From NCBI GenBank assembly GCA_964584805.1, contig CAZPAY010000009.1:12293-76292 (forward strand): 64,000 nt of DNA. Direction: 5' to 3'. Under the pieces are notes generated by a model that searched no databases, was not told the origin of the DNA, and worked only from the letters and a program-made list of their open reading frames with translations. The stretch is from an uncultured Planctomycetales bacterium. GTDB taxonomy: Bacteria; Planctomycetota; UBA1135. A program made the translations under genes and the position numbers. Position 1 is the first letter of the stretch, and every line of letters starts with the position of its first letter. Below, piece by piece: positions 30,919 through 40,043 of this stretch.

Positions 30919-31926
30919 ATGACACCAATGCGACTCGCCTTCATCCTCTTGCCCGCCCTAACTTGCCTCACGCTTTTGCCAGCATGCGGTGGCCTAGAAG
31001 ACCAAGAACTACAGTTGCTCGATGCATACAAGAACCGTGCACAGATTTATTACGAGGCCAAGCGTTTTGAGGCAAGCCGGCAACAAGCGCTTCTTGGTCT
31101 TGACCTAGCACCAGACGACCCCGTGCTCAACCACACCCTCGGCAGGGCACTCCTTGAGATGCGGTCCTTGGGCAAAATTGTTGACGCTCGGCCCTTCCTC
31201 ATCAAAGCTTACGATTTAAAACCTGACTACCGTACAGCCTATTCTCTCGCAGAATTCCACCAGCGCTACGGAGTTTTCTTGCGCGACGAATCTATTGGCA
31301 TCCAACAGTCTCTTGAAGCCTACCCCGAATCTGATTCCGAGAAGCGAGTGAGCCTGGAAGAGCGATCGAGCAAGCAAGAAACGATTGCAAAAGAACACTG
31401 GGCGGAAGCACTGACCCTCCTTGATGTCGCTCTTACGGAAGCACCCGAATTCCTACTTGGCCTCCAAATGGCCGCAATGACCCATTCCCTGCTTGGTCAT
31501 GACGGTATCGCTCTTGAACAGCTGGACCGCATCCTTTCCATTCTTGCCGAATCCAAGACTTACAAAAATCGTCAACTAGCCACCAACACTTCTCTCAGCC
31601 TTGCCCAAGAGCAAAAAATTCGCGCTGACTTATTGGACGATATGGGACACGAAATTGGAGTTCGTTTTGCACGCGCGGCGATTTTTAAGAGTCGGAATGA
31701 TTTGAAAACAGAAGAGTTGGAATACAAGTTTATCCTTCAGCTTAACCCACGCAGCCCGGAAGCATTTTTCGGCCTAGGTATGTGTCTCTACGAACAAGGA
31801 AACTTACCCTCCGCAAAATCCAATCTTAAGTCTTTCATCAAACACTCTGAACTGGATTTAGAATCCCAATACACAAAGCAAGCCATGCGCATCATTATGG
31901 AGTCAAATGATGCCGCCACTCAGTAG
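30919..31926 (+). CDS. TPR-repeat lipoprotein
   Basis: Signal plus lipobox LTLLPACGG, followed by repeated TPR-like helices (AQIYYEAKRFEASRQQALLGLDLAPDDP and others). Confidence 0.7.
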   Translation: MTPMRLAFILLPALTCLTLLPACGGLEDQELQLLDAYKNRAQIYYEAKRFEASRQQALLGLDLAPDDPVLNHTLGRALLEMRSLGKIVDARPFLIKAYDLKPDYRTAYSLAEFHQRYGVFLRDESIGIQQSLEAYPESDSEKRVSLEERSSKQETIAKEHWAEALTLLDVALTEAPEFLLGLQMAAMTHSLLGHDGIALEQLDRILSILAESKTYKNRQLATNTSLSLAQEQKIRADLLDDMGHEIGVRFARAAIFKSRNDLKTEELEYKFILQLNPRSPEAFFGLGMCLYEQGNLPSAKSNLKSFIKHSELDLESQYTKQAMRIIMESNDAATQ

Positions 31927-31939
31927 CGATTGGACTTTC

Positions 31940-33010
31940 TTAGCGATTAAAATGAATCGCAAGCACGCGGACAAGCCCACCGCGCAAAACTCGAATTTGA
32001 GTGTGAGCAGGGGCGTCTTGAATCGTTTGCTGGATGTGCTGAAGGAGCGCCTCGCCCACTTGATCATGAGAATCTGCAACATCAGGCAAAAACTGATGCC
32101 CAGCCAAGCCAAGCAAAACATCGCCGGGCAAGACGCCAGCTTGGGCGGCAGGCAAACCAGGGTCGACTTCTTCAACGAGCAAAGTTGCTTGAGCACTTCC
32201 CTTGCTGTGGCGTAGCTGCATCAGCACCCCAAGCTGGCGGCGGCCAGGAAGCAAGTGACCGAGTTGATGCGGGAATGCATCAAGCAGACGGCCAATGGGG
32301 ACAGCAAAAGTAACCGATGCTGAAGATAAGAATAAACCGACTAAACGGCCGTGCCGATCAGCCAGCAAACCGCCCCCGTCCCCTGGATTGAGCTCATTTG
32401 TAACTTGAAGCAATCCCTCTCGCTTGCCCTTTTTGCGCTCAAAACCCGAAATAAAGCCCAAACCAAGGCTGCAGCCATAGCCAAAAGCATTACCGAGAGA
32501 AACGACGACATGCCCAACTCTCTGCTCCGATTCAGGCGACACCAAAGGGCCAGTTAGCCCAAGCTTGGGTGCTCGCAGAAGGAGGAAACCGTAGGTTTCG
32601 TCGTAACCCATGCGCTGAGCGGAAAAACTTTTGCCATCAAAGCGGATGACCTCGGCAGAAGTGAAACGCTTTTTTGCTGGGCCTGGTGCGAGCAAAAAAC
32701 CACTCTTGCCCATAACAACGCCAGAAACTAATACCGTTTGGGGCTTTACTCCTGGCCCAGCATTTACTGGCGGTGCAATTTGATAGCGAACTTGAACGAC
32801 CGCACGATGCAGCCCCTCGTAGAGCTTCACCAACTCGTCTTCCATAGCGCCAAGCGCACTAAAGCCAACCGTCATCACGAGCTCGCCGGGCAATTTCAGC
32901 TCAGCTTCGGGCTGAACCCAATCTGACTTGTCAGGAGTAACGGGCAGCAGGCCTTCCTGTGGAACGGCCGGCAAGAGCCATGCGGCCATGCAAAGCAAGA
33001 AGGCGCTCAT
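31940..33010 (-). CDS. Periplasmic HtrA/DegS-fold protein with PDZ domain, catalytic triad apparently lost
   Basis: Signal peptide present. Fold motifs are conserved (SLGNAFGYGCSLGLGFISG, VTFAVPIG), and a PDZ domain is present (DPGLPAAQAGVLPGDVLL). By-eye alignment to DegP puts Pro111 at the His position, Gly141 at the Asp position, and Gly212 (GDGGG instead of GNSGG) at the Ser position. Confidence 0.7.
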   Translation of the reverse strand: MSAFLLCMAAWLLPAVPQEGLLPVTPDKSDWVQPEAELKLPGELVMTVGFSALGAMEDELVKLYEGLHRAVVQVRYQIAPPVNAGPGVKPQTVLVSGVVMGKSGFLLAPGPAKKRFTSAEVIRFDGKSFSAQRMGYDETYGFLLLRAPKLGLTGPLVSPESEQRVGHVVVSLGNAFGYGCSLGLGFISGFERKKGKREGLLQVTNELNPGDGGGLLADRHGRLVGLFLSSASVTFAVPIGRLLDAFPHQLGHLLPGRRQLGVLMQLRHSKGSAQATLLVEEVDPGLPAAQAGVLPGDVLLGLAGHQFLPDVADSHDQVGEALLQHIQQTIQDAPAHTQIRVLRGGLVRVLAIHFNR

Positions 33011-33018
33011 CGGAAAAC

Positions 33019-33591
33019 CTAGAACCGCCGGCGGCGAACGGAAACGGGCACAGCCGCACCGGCTTCATTGCCTTGAACGGGCAAATCGCGGAGATAGGCG
33101 CCATTTTCAAGCAAGAAGCGCCGAAGCTCTGTATCTGGGACCTCGACCAAGGCCCCAGAAGGGCTCGCAACAATGGGCTCGATCTCTGCCGAAGGGCTTG
33201 CCTCCATTGCAGCAACAGGCTGGCCAATCGTGGCAGTCGGGTGGAGTGCTTGGGGCATACTAGGGATCAGCAAGTTCAAACCGACCGCAATGGCAAGCAT
33301 TGCAGCCACAGCTGGCAACCACGCCGAAAGGCGGTGGCGCCAAGGGCTCTCTAAAGAAGCGAGTGCATCTGCCGCATCAAGCCTAGGCTCAAGGTCGACC
33401 CAGATGCCACCAACAGCTGGCTCAAGCAAGGCCTGCATTTGCATCGCGTCGAAAGAAGTCTGGAAAGACTGGCTCTCGCTTGCACAACTCGCGCAATTTT
33501 GGAGGTGAGCCTCAACGGCCACAGCCTCGTCAAGGGAAAGATCGCCACCAATATGCAGTGGTAAAAGTTGAAGAGTTGCTTCGCAGGTCAT
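33019..33591 (-). CDS. Zinc-binding (zf-HC2) transmembrane anti-sigma factor
   Basis: H-x3-C-x2-C motif (HLQNCASC), one TM helix (LSAWLPAVAAMLAIAVGLNLLI), and a periplasmic tail ending RRRRF. It overlaps the sigma gene by 4 nt. Confidence 0.75.
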   Translation of the reverse strand: MTCEATLQLLPLHIGGDLSLDEAVAVEAHLQNCASCASESQSFQTSFDAMQMQALLEPAVGGIWVDLEPRLDAADALASLESPWRHRLSAWLPAVAAMLAIAVGLNLLIPSMPQALHPTATIGQPVAAMEASPSAEIEPIVASPSGALVEVPDTELRRFLLENGAYLRDLPVQGNEAGAAVPVSVRRRRF

Positions 33592-34328
33592 AGGGCTTCA
33601 CCACCTTCTTCCGTGCCAAGCTGGCGTTCCCAGTGCTCACGGAAAAGTTTACGGGCATGGTGCAGACGCCAGCGGACGGTGCCAGGCGTTGTGCCAACGG
33701 CATCGGCGATATCGCCACAGGACATGCCCTCGAGGTCGCGCATGGCTAAGACCTCACGGAAAGAATTAGGGAGGGCTTCCAAAATACGCCCCACTAATTG
33801 GCGACGCTCGCGCGCGCTTACTTGAGCGGCTGGCCCTGGTTCACTAGCCCCCCAATCTCCCACCAGCTCACCAGCGCCATGAGGCGTGCCCGGCTTAAGG
33901 CGACGCAGCGTGTCAACGCAATGATTGCGAAGAATGCGGAAATACCAAGTAGGGAACTTACGCTTGGGGTCGAATTTGTCCCGACTTGCGTAAACCTTGA
34001 GAAAAGACTCTTGGACGGCCTCGCGTGCAACCTCGGTGCGACGCAAAATGCCGCGAGCCGTATGGAGGGCCCGGATCTCGTAACGCTCAACGAGTAACCG
34101 GAAGGCATCGCGCTCACCTTGGCAGGTGAGAGCCATAAGCTCTTCGTCGGAAAGCGAGGCCCAACCGTGGTCGGCTGGCTCAACTTCAGCCAGAACGCCG
34201 TCGGCCAGAGAAGTCTTGGCTGCAGCGGATGAAACGAGTTTAAATGCGGAACTACCCATGGTGTCGCTCCTGTTTACGCGCGGGGACCTCGTCGAGTTAG
34301 AGGAATTTCCAGATTCCTTAAACATCAA
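33588..34328 (-). CDS. ECF-type RNA polymerase sigma factor
   Basis: Region 2 (FRLLVERY...VQESFLKVY...FPTWYFRILRNHCVD) and region 4 HTH (LPNSFREVLAMRDLEGMSCGDIADAVGTTPGTVRWRLHHAR). The N-terminal extension and start are uncertain (TTG 34328 or ATG 34325). Confidence 0.85.
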   Translation of the reverse strand: MMFKESGNSSNSTRSPRVNRSDTMGSSAFKLVSSAAAKTSLADGVLAEVEPADHGWASLSDEELMALTCQGERDAFRLLVERYEIRALHTARGILRRTEVAREAVQESFLKVYASRDKFDPKRKFPTWYFRILRNHCVDTLRRLKPGTPHGAGELVGDWGASEPGPAAQVSARERRQLVGRILEALPNSFREVLAMRDLEGMSCGDIADAVGTTPGTVRWRLHHARKLFREHWERQLGTEEGGEAL

Positions 34329-35443
34329 CCCTCGCCATGGATTTCGCTCGGAGACCCCACGCGGGAATCGGAGCTATCAAGCCTAGATTCGGGCGTGTCG
34401 TCGCGAGCGGGTGAAGTCTCGGTGCCCATGCGCGAGGCAGAATCAAGCGCTCGATGCTCGACAGAACTCTGCACCTCGGCGATATGGCGGAACTTACGGT
34501 ACCGTGCTTCCAGCAGTACATCCATAGGCACTTCAACGAGTTGGTCAAGCCAAGATTCAATCTTGTCTTTCACAATTTGCATCGCGTCTTTCGGGTGAGC
34601 ATGTGCACCCCCGATTGGCTCCGGGACGATTTCATCCACAATTCCAAAACCGAGCAAATCATCAGCAGTTAACTTAAGAGCATCTGCGGCCTTTTCTTTT
34701 CCGTCAGCAGAGTGCCACAAAATCGAAGCACAACCCTCAGGAGAAATAACGGAATACCATGAGTTGTCCATCATGGCGACCTTGTCGCCAATCGCGATGC
34801 CGAGCGCCCCACCCGAGCCGCCTTCGCCAATGACGAGACAAACGATGGGTACTTTAAGACCAAACATCTCGTGGATGTTTTCAGCAATGGCGCGAGCTTG
34901 GCCACGCTCTTCGGCTGCGACACCAGGGTATGCGCCTGGCGTGTTAATCAAACAAACAACCGGCAAGCCCATACGCTCGGCCAACTTCATTTTGCGCAAA
35001 GCCTTGCGATAGCCCTCGGGGTGGGCAGAACCAAAATTACACGCCAAGCGCTCTTTGGTGTCGCGACCCTTCCGCTGGCCAACCAACAAAACCTTATGCT
35101 CGCCAATCGTGGCCAAGCCCGTCGCCATCGCGGTGTCATCGCCAAAAACGCCGTCACCGTAAAGCTCGACCCAGTCATCACAGATTGTCGAGATGTAATC
35201 ACTTGTCAGCGGGCGATTCGGATGGCGCGCAACCTGCACACGATTCCATGATGACAACTCCGCATAAATCTCATTCGTCAAACGCTCAAGGCGCTCGCGA
35301 TAAAAAGTAAGCTCTTCGCTTAGGTCATGCGTGGTCTGGGCCGACAGCTCCTCCAACTCAATGAGACGGGTGCGGACATCCTCAATCGGCTGCTCAAACG
35401 GCAGAGCCGCAGGAGGGGAGATTATCGTTTTCTTTTTGGCCAT
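34325..35443 (-). CDS. accA: Acetyl-CoA carboxylase carboxyltransferase alpha subunit
   Basis: Contains FGSAHPEGYRKALRKMKLAERMGLPVVCLINTPGAYPG and GEGGSGGALGI. It carries a C-terminal extension of about 45 aa. Confidence 0.95.
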   Translation of the reverse strand: MAKKKTIISPPAALPFEQPIEDVRTRLIELEELSAQTTHDLSEELTFYRERLERLTNEIYAELSSWNRVQVARHPNRPLTSDYISTICDDWVELYGDGVFGDDTAMATGLATIGEHKVLLVGQRKGRDTKERLACNFGSAHPEGYRKALRKMKLAERMGLPVVCLINTPGAYPGVAAEERGQARAIAENIHEMFGLKVPIVCLVIGEGGSGGALGIAIGDKVAMMDNSWYSVISPEGCASILWHSADGKEKAADALKLTADDLLGFGIVDEIVPEPIGGAHAHPKDAMQIVKDKIESWLDQLVEVPMDVLLEARYRKFRHIAEVQSSVEHRALDSASRMGTETSPARDDTPESRLDSSDSRVGSPSEIHGEG

Positions 35444-35514
35444 GACAGGTGCGGGGCATGGAAGCCGTGCCCTCGTTCCACTAGGATACCCTCTAAACCC
35501 GGTCGGAGACCACC

Positions 35515-38421
35515 ATGGAAACCCAAATTGACGCCTGGCGCGTAGAACTTGAACTTCGGAAAGACCGTCCCGACCCTGTTGGCGACTCAGCGCTTTCCGC
35601 CCTGCAGGCCCGTGGGCTAACTATTCAAGCCCTCCGATCGGGGCGCGGATACCTGCTTCCGGCCAGCTTGCCCGAGGCGGAAGTCACTCTAGCAGCGACT
35701 CGTTTATTCGCAGATTCAGTCACCGAATCCGTACGGGTTATCCCCCCTGGGAAGACCTCCCAGTCGACTGGCGTTCAAGTCGTCGTCCGCCGGATGGCAG
35801 GTGTCGCTGACCCCGAGGCCGCTAGTGCCGAACGCTCTCTCCCACTCGTTGGGGTGCAATTGCCAGCTGGCACGCCGGTTGAGACTTACCGTTTCTTTCG
35901 CACAACAGATGACATTGACGGAAATGATTTTCTCAAAGCGTCAATGCGCGCTTTGGCCAATCCAGTGATTGAAGAGGTCTCATTGGCTGAATCATCCTTT
36001 GGCATCCACCCTAACCCAGGCACGCGCCGGGGCGAACGCGTTGAGATTGCCATCCGTGAATTGACGGGGGATGATTTACTCGCGATTTCAACGGGCATGA
36101 GCTTGGCTTTGACCATCGACGAGATGGAAGCCATTCGTGAATTCTATATTGAAGCCGGTCGTGAACCTACAGATGTTGAGCTCGAGACTTTGGCGCAAAC
36201 CTGGTCGGAACACTGCAAGCACAAAACATTAACTGGGCCGGTCCGGTTGCGGATTAGCAATGAGGCGGGCGAAGTCACCGAAGAGCGCACTTACAGCAAT
36301 TTGCTCAAAGAGACCGTTTTTGCTGCGACACAGCAACTTGATAAAGAGTGGTGCTGGTCAGTCTTCAAAGACAATGCCGGTGTGATTGAGCTGACCCCCA
36401 CTAACGGTGTGGCCATTAAGGTTGAGACGCATAATCACCCTTCGGCGCTCGATCCTTATGGTGGTGCCGGCACAGGCATTGGCGGCGTGATTCGTGATAT
36501 TTTGGGCACCGGCCTTGGCGCACGGCCCTTTGCGGCTACGGACGTTTTTTGCGTCGGGCTTGGCGGCGATGAGGCGGGCGAGCGTCCACCGGGCACCATG
36601 CACCCCGATCGCATTCTTGATGGCGTGATTGCAGGAGTGCGCGATTATGGAAATCGCATGGGCATCCCGACAGTTTGCGGCACGGTGATTCGCCACCCCG
36701 GCTACACGGCTAACCCACTTGTTTTTGCGGGTTGTATTGGTGAAATTCCTCGCGATTGCGTCGACAAAGAGACCATGCCCGGCGATCACATTGTGGCGAT
36801 TGGCGGGCGCACCGGCCGAGATGGCATCCATGGAGCGACTTTTTCATCTGAGGCACTTCACGAAGAAAGTGAAACGCTTGATGCGGCCAGTGTGCAAATT
36901 GGTGACCCGATTACTGAAAAGAAAGTTCTCGATGTGATGATGATTGCGCGAGACCAACGCCTTTATTCTGCCACGACCGATTGTGGCGCGGGCGGGTTTT
37001 CATCCGCCGTTGGCGAAATGGGCGAAGAATGCGGCGCCGATGTTGAATTGGCCGCGGCACCACTGAAATACCCTGGGCTTTCCTATTGGGAGATTTGGAT
37101 TTCCGAGGCGCAAGAGCGCATGGTTTTCTCCATCCCTCCAAAGCACCTCGATGCTTTCCAAGCCATTTGCGATGAGCATGAAGTCGAATGCTGCGTGCTC
37201 GGCAAATTCACCGACGACCACATGCTGCGCCTGACTTGGCACGGCGAAGAAGTCGCCAACATGCCGATGGAATTTCTGCATGGCGGTGTGCCACAACCAT
37301 TGCGCGAGGCTACCTGGGTGCGCCCTGATGCGCTTGAGACACCTTGGCCCCAACTTGATGGCGATGCGATTGGCGACTTACTGCTCAAAGTTTTGGGTCA
37401 CCCGCAAGTTGCCACCAAAGAGTGGGTTGTTCGTCAATACGACCACGAAGTCCAAGGTGGCACGGTCGTCAAGCCTTATCAAGGCGAGACGGGCCACGCT
37501 CCAGGTGATGGCACGGTGATTCAACCGACTCCCGCCCGCCCCGAGGGCGTTGCTCTTGGCTGTGGGATTGCACCCCGCCCATCCGAGCTTGACCCTTATG
37601 CCGGCACAGCTTGTGCAATTGACGAAGCCATGCGTAATGTCGTCGCGGCTGGCGGCAACCCCGACCGTTGTGCGATTCTCGACAACTTTTGCTGGGGTGA
37701 TTGCCGCAAGCCTGACCGATTCGGCAGTTTAGTTTTGGCCGCCGAGGCCTGCCTTGATGTCGCCCTCGCCTATGGCACTCCTTTTGTTTCAGGTAAAGAT
37801 TCGCTTAACAACGAATACCGCGTTGGCGACGAAGAGAAAGCGATTCCACCGACTCTGCTTTGTACAGCGATGGCCGTCGTAAAAGATTGCGCCAAGGCCA
37901 TGGATGTGCCTGCTCGACGCGCAGGCAACCGGCTGGCCTTAATCGGCAACACGACCCCAGATGGCGGTGGTTCCGTCGCGAGTGATTTATTGGGCCTAAC
38001 TCATTCAAATGTGCCTCACCCTGACCTTGAGCAAGCCCCAATGATTTTCCGCTCGATTTACGCCGCACGAAATGCCGGTGAATTGGCCGCATGCCATGAC
38101 CTTTCCGAAGGAGGGCTTGGTGTTGCCGCTGCAGAAATGCTCTTTGGCACGACAAGCCTAGGCATCGACCTCGACTTAGCTGCGGTTTCTTGTACCTCCA
38201 CAAATCATGCCGCAAGACTCTTCTCAGAAGGTCCGACTCGCTTCTTAGTTGAAGTCCCCAATGATCAGGCCACGGCCTTTGAAAAACGATTTGCGCACCT
38301 GCCTTTCCAATGGGTCGGCTCGGTTACAGATTCCGCCTCACTCCTCATTCGCTCAGGGGATTTGCCACTCGCCTCTTTCAACATCCCTACGCTTTTGCAA
38401 GCTAACGGTACTTCCGTATGA
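35515..38421 (+). CDS. purL: Phosphoribosylformylglycinamidine synthase subunit PurL with two N-terminal PurS-like modules
   Basis: 968 aa. The PurL core runs from about aa 200 (TDVELETLAQTWSEHCKHK, repeated ATP-grasp-like halves). aa 1-80 and 85-165 each match the PurS pattern (DPVGDSALSAL...LRSGRGYLL...LFADSVTESVRV and DPEAASAERSL...LANPVIEEVSL). Confidence 0.9.
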   Translation: METQIDAWRVELELRKDRPDPVGDSALSALQARGLTIQALRSGRGYLLPASLPEAEVTLAATRLFADSVTESVRVIPPGKTSQSTGVQVVVRRMAGVADPEAASAERSLPLVGVQLPAGTPVETYRFFRTTDDIDGNDFLKASMRALANPVIEEVSLAESSFGIHPNPGTRRGERVEIAIRELTGDDLLAISTGMSLALTIDEMEAIREFYIEAGREPTDVELETLAQTWSEHCKHKTLTGPVRLRISNEAGEVTEERTYSNLLKETVFAATQQLDKEWCWSVFKDNAGVIELTPTNGVAIKVETHNHPSALDPYGGAGTGIGGVIRDILGTGLGARPFAATDVFCVGLGGDEAGERPPGTMHPDRILDGVIAGVRDYGNRMGIPTVCGTVIRHPGYTANPLVFAGCIGEIPRDCVDKETMPGDHIVAIGGRTGRDGIHGATFSSEALHEESETLDAASVQIGDPITEKKVLDVMMIARDQRLYSATTDCGAGGFSSAVGEMGEECGADVELAAAPLKYPGLSYWEIWISEAQERMVFSIPPKHLDAFQAICDEHEVECCVLGKFTDDHMLRLTWHGEEVANMPMEFLHGGVPQPLREATWVRPDALETPWPQLDGDAIGDLLLKVLGHPQVATKEWVVRQYDHEVQGGTVVKPYQGETGHAPGDGTVIQPTPARPEGVALGCGIAPRPSELDPYAGTACAIDEAMRNVVAAGGNPDRCAILDNFCWGDCRKPDRFGSLVLAAEACLDVALAYGTPFVSGKDSLNNEYRVGDEEKAIPPTLLCTAMAVVKDCAKAMDVPARRAGNRLALIGNTTPDGGGSVASDLLGLTHSNVPHPDLEQAPMIFRSIYAARNAGELAACHDLSEGGLGVAAAEMLFGTTSLGIDLDLAAVSCTSTNHAARLFSEGPTRFLVEVPNDQATAFEKRFAHLPFQWVGSVTDSASLLIRSGDLPLASFNIPTLLQANGTSV

Positions 38422-39188
38422 AACCCCGCGTCCTCCAACTTTTCGCTGCCGGTGTGAACTGCGACCGCGAGCTCCGTTTTGCTTTTGAATCAGCCGGCGC
38501 GACGGTGACCGAAATGCACATTCGCGCTTTGATGAAAACGCCTACTGCTTTGCGCGACTTTGATGTCTTTGCAATCCCTGGTGGTTTCACTTACGGCGAC
38601 GACCTTGGCGCCGGGCGCATCTTGGCTCTTGAGGTTGAAAAATTCTTGGGCGCCGAACTTGCTGAGTTTCATGACCGCGGCGGCACCGTTTTCGGGCCAT
38701 GCAATGGCTTCCAAATCATGGTGAAGGCTGGCTTACTGCCGGCCTTGCCTGACATGAAAGTCTCGCTGACCTGGAACGACACGCACCATTTCGAATGCCG
38801 CTGGACTCGCCTCAAAGTTGAAGATTCCATCCAGCACATCTTGCCCGCTGGGATGATTTTGCCCGCACCAAGCGCTCACGCTGAAGGCAAACTTGTGCTT
38901 GGCAACCCTGAAGCTGACTTGGCCCGACTCGAGGCCGAAGGTTGCATAGCATTCCGCTACTGCGATGCTTCCGGCCAATCTACCGATGCATTCCCCGATT
39001 GCCCCAATGGCTCGATTGGTGCCATTGCAGGTTTAGTTTCCAAATCAGGTCGCATCCTTGGGCTCATGCCCCACCCCGAGCGCAATCTTTCGCGCCTACA
39101 CCTGCCTGATCGCGGAGCCGGCGCCTGGGGCGACGGCACCGAAGGGCTTCAATTTTTCCGCGGGCTTTTAGACCGCTACTTGGGCTGA
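38418..39188 (+). CDS. purQ: Phosphoribosylformylglycinamidine synthase glutaminase subunit
   Basis: 256 aa with catalytic Cys in GPCNGFQ and His in MPHPER. ATGA overlap with purL. Confidence 0.9.
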   Translation: MKPRVLQLFAAGVNCDRELRFAFESAGATVTEMHIRALMKTPTALRDFDVFAIPGGFTYGDDLGAGRILALEVEKFLGAELAEFHDRGGTVFGPCNGFQIMVKAGLLPALPDMKVSLTWNDTHHFECRWTRLKVEDSIQHILPAGMILPAPSAHAEGKLVLGNPEADLARLEAEGCIAFRYCDASGQSTDAFPDCPNGSIGAIAGLVSKSGRILGLMPHPERNLSRLHLPDRGAGAWGDGTEGLQFFRGLLDRYLG

Positions 39189-39220
39189 TACACTCACCCT
39201 ACCTCAAAGAGGATTCTGCC

Positions 39221-39613
39221 ATGCGCACCAAAACATTCTTACTCGCTTTTTCTTCCCTTTTCTTAGCCGCTTCATGCGGAGCCGTCATCATCGCTGGTGC
39301 AGGAGCAGCAGTCGGCCTCTGGGCTCAAGACGAATACGCGGATGACCGCGGTCAAATCCTACTCAAGCATTCTGCAGAGCATGTGTTTGCCATAGCTAAG
39401 ACAATCGCACAAGAGCAAGCCGAAGAAGAGCTTGAAGTCAAGGTTATGAAGGTCAGCTACAAGCGCGAGGGTGTCGACTACATCATCCAGGTTTTCTTGA
39501 TGCCGAAGACGCCTGATTACTGTGAGCTAAAAGTAGTCGCGCGCGAGCTCTATGTTCGCGGACGCGCTGACTTAGCGGAGTATGTCGCGAACGAAATTAC
39601 TGCACGTCTTTAG
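39221..39613 (+). CDS. Small lipoprotein, unknown function
   Basis: 130 aa with the lipobox FLAASCG. Confidence 0.6.
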   Translation: MRTKTFLLAFSSLFLAASCGAVIIAGAGAAVGLWAQDEYADDRGQILLKHSAEHVFAIAKTIAQEQAEEELEVKVMKVSYKREGVDYIIQVFLMPKTPDYCELKVVARELYVRGRADLAEYVANEITARL

Positions 39614-40043
39614 GGCGACAGTCACGGCAAAACCCTTCGAGAAGTAGAGCGTGATTGACGAGGCTAAAACCTAATCGATTCGCCTCTGCTTCTTGCAGTT
39701 GCTCAATCCCGTCACTGTGGAATTCGGCAATGATGCCACACTCGATGCAAAGGATGTGGTCATGATGCTCGTGACCTAATGAATGCTCAAACAAAGCGGC
39801 GCCCGACTTACCATCAAAGGATGTCAAGAAACGCCCCTCGACCATCAACTTGAGCGTGCGATAAACCGTAGCGCGAGAGGCGCGCGCATTTCTCATTCGT
39901 GCCCAATCAAACATCTGCTCTGCAGAAAAATGATCGTGTGTTTCCCAAGCAAGCTCAAGAATATCAAGGCGCTGACGAGTCACGCGAAGCTTGCGCTCTT
40001 GCAAGAAAAGTTCGAATCGACGGCGTGCGGCTTCTGGTTTCAT
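39597..40043 (-). CDS. Fur-family metalloregulator
   Basis: 148 aa with a winged helix (ATVYRTLKLMVEGRFL), HEHHDH, and CxxC pairs (CIECG, CRDC). ATGA overlap with upstream purD. Confidence 0.85.
   Translation of the reverse strand: MKPEAARRRFELFLQERKLRVTRQRLDILELAWETHDHFSAEQMFDWARMRNARASRATVYRTLKLMVEGRFLTSFDGKSGAALFEHSLGHEHHDHILCIECGIIAEFHSDGIEQLQEAEANRLGFSLVNHALLLEGFCRDCRPKDVQ

Noticed and set aside
35444-35514. Possible riboswitch or operator in the accA/purL divergent region
   Set aside because: It is only 71 bp with weak 4-5 bp complementarities, and no PurR-box-like or riboswitch-like pattern was recognised.
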